Assembly: GCA_019747795.1 (NCBI GenBank) | Contig: JAIEQK010000035.1 | Span: 3,665-67,664 of the forward strand | Reading direction: 5' to 3' | From: Gammaproteobacteria bacterium | GTDB lineage: Bacteria; Pseudomonadota; Gammaproteobacteria; Ga0077536 | DNA: 64,000 bases | Notes under the pieces: generated by a model | Databases searched by the model: none | What the model was told of the DNA's origin: nothing | Seen by the model: only the letters and a program-made list of their open reading frames with translations | In this document: positions 59,377 through 64,000 of the stretch, piece by piece | Layout of the letters: each line of letters opens with the position of its first letter | Position numbering within the stretch: position 1 is the first letter of the stretch | Position numbers and translations under genes: made by a program

Positions 59377-62139
59377 CTAGAGCAGTTCGAGATCGAAACC
59401 GAGATAGAGAAAGCGCCCGGCCTGCGGCAGGCCGTAGGCTTCGGCATAGGACTCGTCCAGCACGTTGTCCGCGCCGACGAAGACCTTCAGCCGCGGCGTG
59501 CCGAGCGGCCGCGCCACGCGCAGGTTGAGCAGCGCATAGGGCGACAGCATGCGCGTGCGCGGCGGGCCGAAGCGCGAGAAGTAGAACTCGCCGCCGACGA
59601 ACTGGAAGCTCGCGCTCGCCAGGGTGCCGTCGTCGAAGCGCTGACTGGCCTGCGCCGCCACCTTGTGCCTGGGCCGGTACTGGAGCTCGTCGCGCAGCGA
59701 GGCGTCGGAACGATCGCGGGCGTGCAGGTAGGACCAGGACGCCGCCAGCTCGCGCCCACCGGCGAGCGCCGCCCGCGCCGCGAGTTCCAGACCTTGAAAG
59801 CGGAAGCGCTGGTTGTTGGCGAACTCCTCGGTCACCGGATCGCGGTCGATGAAGTTCTCCACGTCGCTGCGGAACAGCGTCACTCCGAGCACCGCCGGCG
59901 CCAGGCCCGCGTACTCGGCGCCGAGTTCATAGGTCATCGCGCGCTCCGGCGCGAGTTCGGGGTCACCGGACAGCGTGTCGTAGAGCTGCTGCACCGAGGG
60001 CAGACGCAGCTTGCGCGCGAAGCCGGCGCGCAGCCGCAGGTCAGGCGTCACCGCCCGCGACAGGCCGCCGGAGAAGCTGCCGTGCACTTCGCTCGCGCCG
60101 TCGTCGCGCTCGAGCCAGTGCACGGCGTAGCCGAACACCACGTCCACCCAGCCGAGCGGCGCGGCACTGAGTTCGAGCGCGCTGCTCGCGATGTGCAGCG
60201 TGCGCGACTGGCTGAAGGGGCGCAGATCGAAGGTCACGGCGTCGAAGCGCGTCGGCGTGCCGCCGCCCGAGCCGTCGCCACCGCTGCCGCAGCCAGTGCC
60301 GGCCGGCGGTACGTTGACGACCGGCGTGGTGTCCGGCGGCTGCGCGCCGGTCAGCGCGGTGGCGCTGGTGGGCGCGACCAGGAACACCGCCAGACCGCCG
60401 GGGCCGCCGGTCGGCGGCTCGGACGGACCCCAGAAGCCGTTCGCGTCGACCTGGCGAAGTTCCAGTGCGGCGTAGGCGGGCGGGCGGCCGCCGCTGCTGG
60501 TGGCGGAGAAGCGCAGCAGTTCGGCGAGCGTCGCGCGCTCGTAGGTCCAGCGCGCGGTCTCGCCGTCGAACAGCGGATCGGCCGCGCCGTTGGCGCCGCC
60601 GGGACGCTGCCAGCCGATACGCGCGCGGAAGCGGTAGTTGTTGATCACGTCGCCCGCACCGGGGGCGGCGAAGGCGCTGGCGTTGCCGGTGCTCGCATCG
60701 CTGGTGGGGTCGTAGAGCAGGTTCCAGTCGCTGATGTCGAGGCCCTGGTCGGGCAGCAGGTAGAGGCGCGACGCGTAGGCCGCGGGCACCGCCGGCCCCG
60801 AGCCGCCGTTGACGAAGAAATTGCCGGCCGCGAGGCTCTTGAAGCTGAAGTCGACGCCGCCGCGCCCGTTGTCGGTCATGGTCAGGCTCGCGATCGGCTC
60901 GTTGTCGCCGGCCGCGTTGGTCGCGCCGAAGTTGTTGGTCGCGAGGTAGTTGAACAAGAGCGTGGCGCTGGTCGCGTTGCCGAGAGTGACGGGGCGCGGC
61001 CTGGTCGGCGGCGGCAGGCGTGGCACGTCGCGGGTCAGGCAGTCCTGGCTGAAGTGCTCCTGGCGCGCCTCTACCATCCAGGTCAGCGCGCCGCCCCAGT
61101 CGTGGGCGAGGCTCAGCTCGTTGTGGAATCCGAATACCCGCGAGTCGGCGTCGTCGGCGAAGGTGCCGCGCACGTGCGGGTCGTCGAGCCGGGGCGCGAA
61201 CGGTGAGCTGTAGCGGTTGGTGTTCTCGGCCAGGGTGTTGACGTAGGCCCAGCCGCGGTCGGCGAGCCGGCCGTCCGGGTCCCACTCGAAGCCGGCCTGC
61301 AGCGACAGGGTCTCGTCGTCGTCCACGCGCTGCCAGCGCGGACGGTTGGCGAAGCCGTCGGCCTCGTCGTCCACCACCGTGCCGGGCGCGCCGAAGCCGC
61401 CGCGACTGTAGGTGAAGGTGCCGCCGAGGGCGAGATCGTCGTTCACCCGGTGCCAGCCGTTCAGGTAGGCGTGGTTGCGTTCGCGATCGCTGTTGGCGCG
61501 CAGGCCGCCGTGCTCGAGGCTGGTTTCGCGCAGGTTGGCCGAGAGCGGAAAGCCGTCGCGCGCGTTCCGTCCGGCCGCGGCGAACACGCCGCTGGTCTCG
61601 CTGCCCCAGCCATAGGTGCCGTACACGCGATGGTGATCGCCGCTGCCGTATTCGGCGTGGGTCGTGGCACTCTGGCCCGGCTCGGCCTGGCGCGTGATGA
61701 CGTTGATGACCGCACCGACCGCGCCGTCGCCGTAGAGCGTGGAGCTCGCGCCGGTGGTGAGCTTGATGCGCGCGATGTTCTCCGCCGGGATGAGCGTCGG
61801 GTCGAACTGGCCGTCGAAGGTGTTGCCGAAGGGCACGCCGTTCAAGAGCAGCTTGACCTGGCGGGTGCGGTAGCCGCGCACGTCGATGCGCGGGCTGCCG
61901 TTGCCGCCGGTGCGGACGTTGAGTCCGGGCAGCAGCTCGAGCGCATCTTCGAGGCTGCGCGCGCCGCGCAGCTCGATGTCGGCGCGGTCCACCGAGTACA
62001 CGGTGGCGACGCGCTCGACGGTCGGCTGGCGCGCGCTCACCACCACTTCGTTCAGGCCGTCGGGGGCGTTCGCGGCGTGCGCCGAGCGCATGCCGAGCAG
62101 CAGGAGCGCCAGGCTCAAAATCGGAAGAAGCCTGCACAT
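59377..62139 (-). CDS. TonB-dependent outer-membrane receptor with about 260-aa insertion
   Basis: The ATG at 62139 gives the signal peptide MCRLLPILSLALLLLGMRSAHA. Plug motifs are VVVSA, IELRGARSLEDALELLPG and IDVRG. The C-terminal barrel ends LGFDLELL. Confidence 0.85.
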   Translation of the reverse strand: MCRLLPILSLALLLLGMRSAHAANAPDGLNEVVVSARQPTVERVATVYSVDRADIELRGARSLEDALELLPGLNVRTGGNGSPRIDVRGYRTRQVKLLLNGVPFGNTFDGQFDPTLIPAENIARIKLTTGASSTLYGDGAVGAVINVITRQAEPGQSATTHAEYGSGDHHRVYGTYGWGSETSGVFAAAGRNARDGFPLSANLRETSLEHGGLRANSDRERNHAYLNGWHRVNDDLALGGTFTYSRGGFGAPGTVVDDEADGFANRPRWQRVDDDETLSLQAGFEWDPDGRLADRGWAYVNTLAENTNRYSSPFAPRLDDPHVRGTFADDADSRVFGFHNELSLAHDWGGALTWMVEARQEHFSQDCLTRDVPRLPPPTRPRPVTLGNATSATLLFNYLATNNFGATNAAGDNEPIASLTMTDNGRGGVDFSFKSLAAGNFFVNGGSGPAVPAAYASRLYLLPDQGLDISDWNLLYDPTSDASTGNASAFAAPGAGDVINNYRFRARIGWQRPGGANGAADPLFDGETARWTYERATLAELLRFSATSSGGRPPAYAALELRQVDANGFWGPSEPPTGGPGGLAVFLVAPTSATALTGAQPPDTTPVVNVPPAGTGCGSGGDGSGGGTPTRFDAVTFDLRPFSQSRTLHIASSALELSAAPLGWVDVVFGYAVHWLERDDGASEVHGSFSGGLSRAVTPDLRLRAGFARKLRLPSVQQLYDTLSGDPELAPERAMTYELGAEYAGLAPAVLGVTLFRSDVENFIDRDPVTEEFANNQRFRFQGLELAARAALAGGRELAASWSYLHARDRSDASLRDELQYRPRHKVAAQASQRFDDGTLASASFQFVGGEFYFSRFGPPRTRMLSPYALLNLRVARPLGTPRLKVFVGADNVLDESYAEAYGLPQAGRFLYLGFDLELL

Positions 62140-62227
62140 TTTAGGCGAGGAGGGCGTCAAGTATCCTGGGCTCGGCGGGTTGCGCACACTACCGACGTGA
62201 CGGCGCCGTCCTCAATCAGCATAGTCG

Positions 62228-62240
62228 TTCATATATGGAA
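62228..62240. promoter_or_regulatory. AT-rich near-palindrome TTCATATATGGAA in divergent promoter region
   Basis: It is the only AT-rich element between the TBDR and the ModE-type regulator. The core CATATATG is palindromic. It is followed by the hairpin ccgtggccc-tcc-gggccgcgg. Confidence 0.35.
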
Positions 62241-62299
62241 GCCGTGGCCCTCCGGGCCGCGGGAACAGGAGTCCGTGTGACCAGCCCTTCCCTCTACCC

Positions 62300-63364
62300 A
62301 TGGGCACGCCCATGAAGATCGGCCTCGCGCTCGCCTGGCGCATCGAACTCGATGGTGTGGAGTACGACCTCGAACCATTGCTGTTCGATCTTCTGGCCGC
62401 GGTCGAGAAGGGCGGTCATCTGAACTATGCCTCGCGCGCCACCGAGGTCTCCTACCGTCACGCCTGGGGACTGATGCGCACCTGGGAGGCTCGCTTCAAG
62501 GCGCCGCTGGTCGACCTGCAGCGCGGCCGCGGCGCGACCCTCACTGACATTGGCCGCGCGCTGCTTGAGGCGCGCGAACGGGCCCAGCTCGCGACCGGGC
62601 CGACGCTCGCCGACGCCGCAGGTGAGGCCGGAGGGCGCCTGCAGCAGAGCATGGGCGATGCGCGCGTCACGCTCCGGGTCGCGTCCAGTCATAGCGATCT
62701 CCTGACCGGCCTGGTCGACGCCCTGGACGCCTCGCGCTGGCAGGCGGTGCTGGACGTCATCGGCAGCGAGGCCGCGCTGCGGCGCTACCAGCGCGGCGAC
62801 ATCGATATCGCCGGATTCCATCTGCCGCTCGGCGAACTCGGACCGACCGTCGGGCTCAACCTGCTGGCCCTGCTGGACGACGCGCGCGACCAGGTCTTCC
62901 TGCTGGAGATGCGCGCCCTGGGCCTGGTCTCATCGCCCCAGGCGCCCGTGACCACGCTCGAGGCGCTGCCGGGAAGCGCGCTCCGCTTCATCAATCGACA
63001 GCCGGGATCCGGCACGCGCCTCGTGTTCGACGGACTGCTCGGGCTGCGCGGCATCGCGCCCGGCGCCATCCTGGGCTATCGCAACGAGGAGTACACCCAC
63101 TCGGCGGTGGCGGCGATGGTGGCGAGCGGCGGCGCCGACGCGGGCTTCTGCACCGCCAGCGCGGCGGCCCGTTTCGGGCTGCACTTCCAGCCTTTCGTGC
63201 AGGAGCGCTTCTACCTCTGTCTACGGCGCTCGGCACGGCGCGAGCTCGTCGAAGCCGTCACGAGCTATGTCGCGAATGCGCTGAACGCCGGTGCCACGCC
63301 CCGCAGCCTGAACGAGGTGCAGCCCGGCGTCGCGCTGCTGCGACGCCTGCACACCTCGCTCTGA
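62300..63364 (+). CDS. transcriptional regulator with ModE-type N-terminal wHTH and PBP-like (type II periplasmic-binding-fold) ligand domain
   Basis: GHLNYASRATEVSYRHAWGLMRTWE resembles the ModE HTH (...ISYKSAWDAI...). The C-terminal part has FINRQPGSGTR and a PBP-like pattern. An alternative ATG is at 62312. Confidence 0.7.
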   Translation: MGTPMKIGLALAWRIELDGVEYDLEPLLFDLLAAVEKGGHLNYASRATEVSYRHAWGLMRTWEARFKAPLVDLQRGRGATLTDIGRALLEARERAQLATGPTLADAAGEAGGRLQQSMGDARVTLRVASSHSDLLTGLVDALDASRWQAVLDVIGSEAALRRYQRGDIDIAGFHLPLGELGPTVGLNLLALLDDARDQVFLLEMRALGLVSSPQAPVTTLEALPGSALRFINRQPGSGTRLVFDGLLGLRGIAPGAILGYRNEEYTHSAVAAMVASGGADAGFCTASAAARFGLHFQPFVQERFYLCLRRSARRELVEAVTSYVANALNAGATPRSLNEVQPGVALLRRLHTSL

Positions 63365-63374
63365 TCGCGACGCC

Positions 63375-64000
63375 TTACTTGCGCAGCACCTTCGCGCAGG
63401 ACTCGAGGAAGTAGTCGACGTTGGCGCCGTTGATGCCGGCGACGTTGATGCGGCTGGAGCCCACCATGTAGATGCCGCACTCCTGGCGCAGGCGATCCAC
63501 CTCCGCCGGCGTGATCCCGAGGAAGGAGAACATGCCGCGCTGCCGGCGGATGAAGCCGAAGTCCTGGCCGGTCACCTCGGTCAGCTTCTGCGCCAGCAGT
63601 TCACGCAGGCCGTTGATGCGATCGCGCATCGCGTCCAGTTCCTTCACCCAGGCGACGTTCAGTGCTTCGTCGCCGAGGATGATCTCGACGATCGCCGCGC
63701 CGTGGGCCGGCGGCATGGAGTAGCTGGTGCGCACCACCGAGTCGAGCTGGCTCTGGATGGCCGGCGCGCGCGCGGCGTCCGACGTGACCACCTGCAGCGC
63801 GCCGACGCGCTCGCGGTACAGACCGAAGTTCTTCGAATACGAACTGGCGACGATCACCTCCGGGCAGACGTCGGCCACGATGCGCAGACCCGCCACGTCC
63901 TCTTCCAGGCCATCACCGAGGCCCTGGTAGGCGAGGTCGATGTAGGGCGTGAGGCCACGCTCGACCATGATCTTCGCCGCCTCGCGCCAGGTCTCGGCGT
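63375..64000 (-). CDS. aspartate/aromatic amino-acid aminotransferase (AspC/TyrB family), N-terminus outside window
   Basis: The PLP-Lys context is SSYSKNFGLYRERVG. The C-terminus is MFSFLGI...IYMVGSSRINVAG. The ORF is open to the window end. Confidence 0.85.
   Translation of the reverse strand, partial: AETWREAAKIMVERGLTPYIDLAYQGLGDGLEEDVAGLRIVADVCPEVIVASSYSKNFGLYRERVGALQVVTSDAARAPAIQSQLDSVVRTSYSMPPAHGAAIVEIILGDEALNVAWVKELDAMRDRINGLRELLAQKLTEVTGQDFGFIRRQRGMFSFLGITPAEVDRLRQECGIYMVGSSRINVAGINGANVDYFLESCAKVLRK

Noticed and set aside
62140-62299. Possible cobalamin riboswitch in front of the TonB-dependent receptor, given the B12-dependent NrdJ in the window.
   Set aside because: The leader is at most about 130-160 nt. 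It lacks a B12-box-like GCCACTG core and the usual conserved GGGAA/GGTG...AATCC arrangement. Only a simple hairpin and an AT-rich palindrome are present.
1-64000. Search for mobile elements, prophage, integrons, tRNA/rRNA genes or a clearly foreign-composition island.
   Set aside because: No transposase, integrase, recombinase or phage-like ORF was found in any frame. No tRNA-like or rRNA-like sequence was seen in the intergenic regions. Composition is uniformly very GC-rich apart from a few short AT-rich promoter-like tracts.

Overview
This is a very GC-rich chromosomal segment; third codon positions are almost always G/C. Gene content points to a proteobacterium with a sulfur-oxidising, facultatively anaerobic lifestyle. 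I can support about 62 protein-coding genes. I found no rRNA, tRNA, transposase, integrase, phage gene or CRISPR array. Many long ORFs in the six-frame track are antisense or read-through artefacts of the high GC content and were discarded. Gene starts were re-derived from internal ATG/GTG codons, Shine-Dalgarno-like motifs and 4-nt start/stop overlaps. The track also translates GTG/TTG starts as M, so starts remain approximate.

Recognisable modules, in order:
- bdhA-type SDR (partial).
- A MOSC / MoxR (CoxD-like) / VWA (CoxE-like) operon.
- A VOC-DUF488-ChaA trio coupled by GTGA overlaps.
- hemN plus a split class II ribonucleotide reductase (nrdJa/nrdJb).
- A protein with two cNMP-binding domains and a rhodanese domain.
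- Beta-oxidation-type genes: ECH, ACAD, acyl-CoA ligase and SDRs.
- Two tandem MFS transporters.
- An MscS/MscK-type channel.
- An eight-gene spu/puu-like polyamine operon ending in a CDF metal exporter.
- An orphan CAP-RTX secreted protein.
- A divergent TusA/YeeE pair.
- An operon of cupredoxin, GGDEF-EAL, DUF3034 and an exported truncated haemoglobin.
- A FrhB/FdhB-like Fe-S flavoprotein next to soxXYZA.
- A distinctive locus of ModE-type regulator, TonB-dependent receptor, TiaS-like domain protein, unknown membrane protein and orphan TupA-like binding protein, followed by a TetR module.

A REP/REPIN hairpin family (GTAGGTCGGACTTCAGTCCGACATTC and stem-compensated variants) occupies five intergenic sites. 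All five lie in the first 27 kb.

The best candidates for an undescribed system are the TBDR/TiaS-like/TupA locus (57.2-63.4 kb) and the periplasmic cupredoxin/haemoglobin c-di-GMP operon (42.7-47.0 kb). All family assignments come from reading motifs by eye and from memory of family sequences. No database search was possible.
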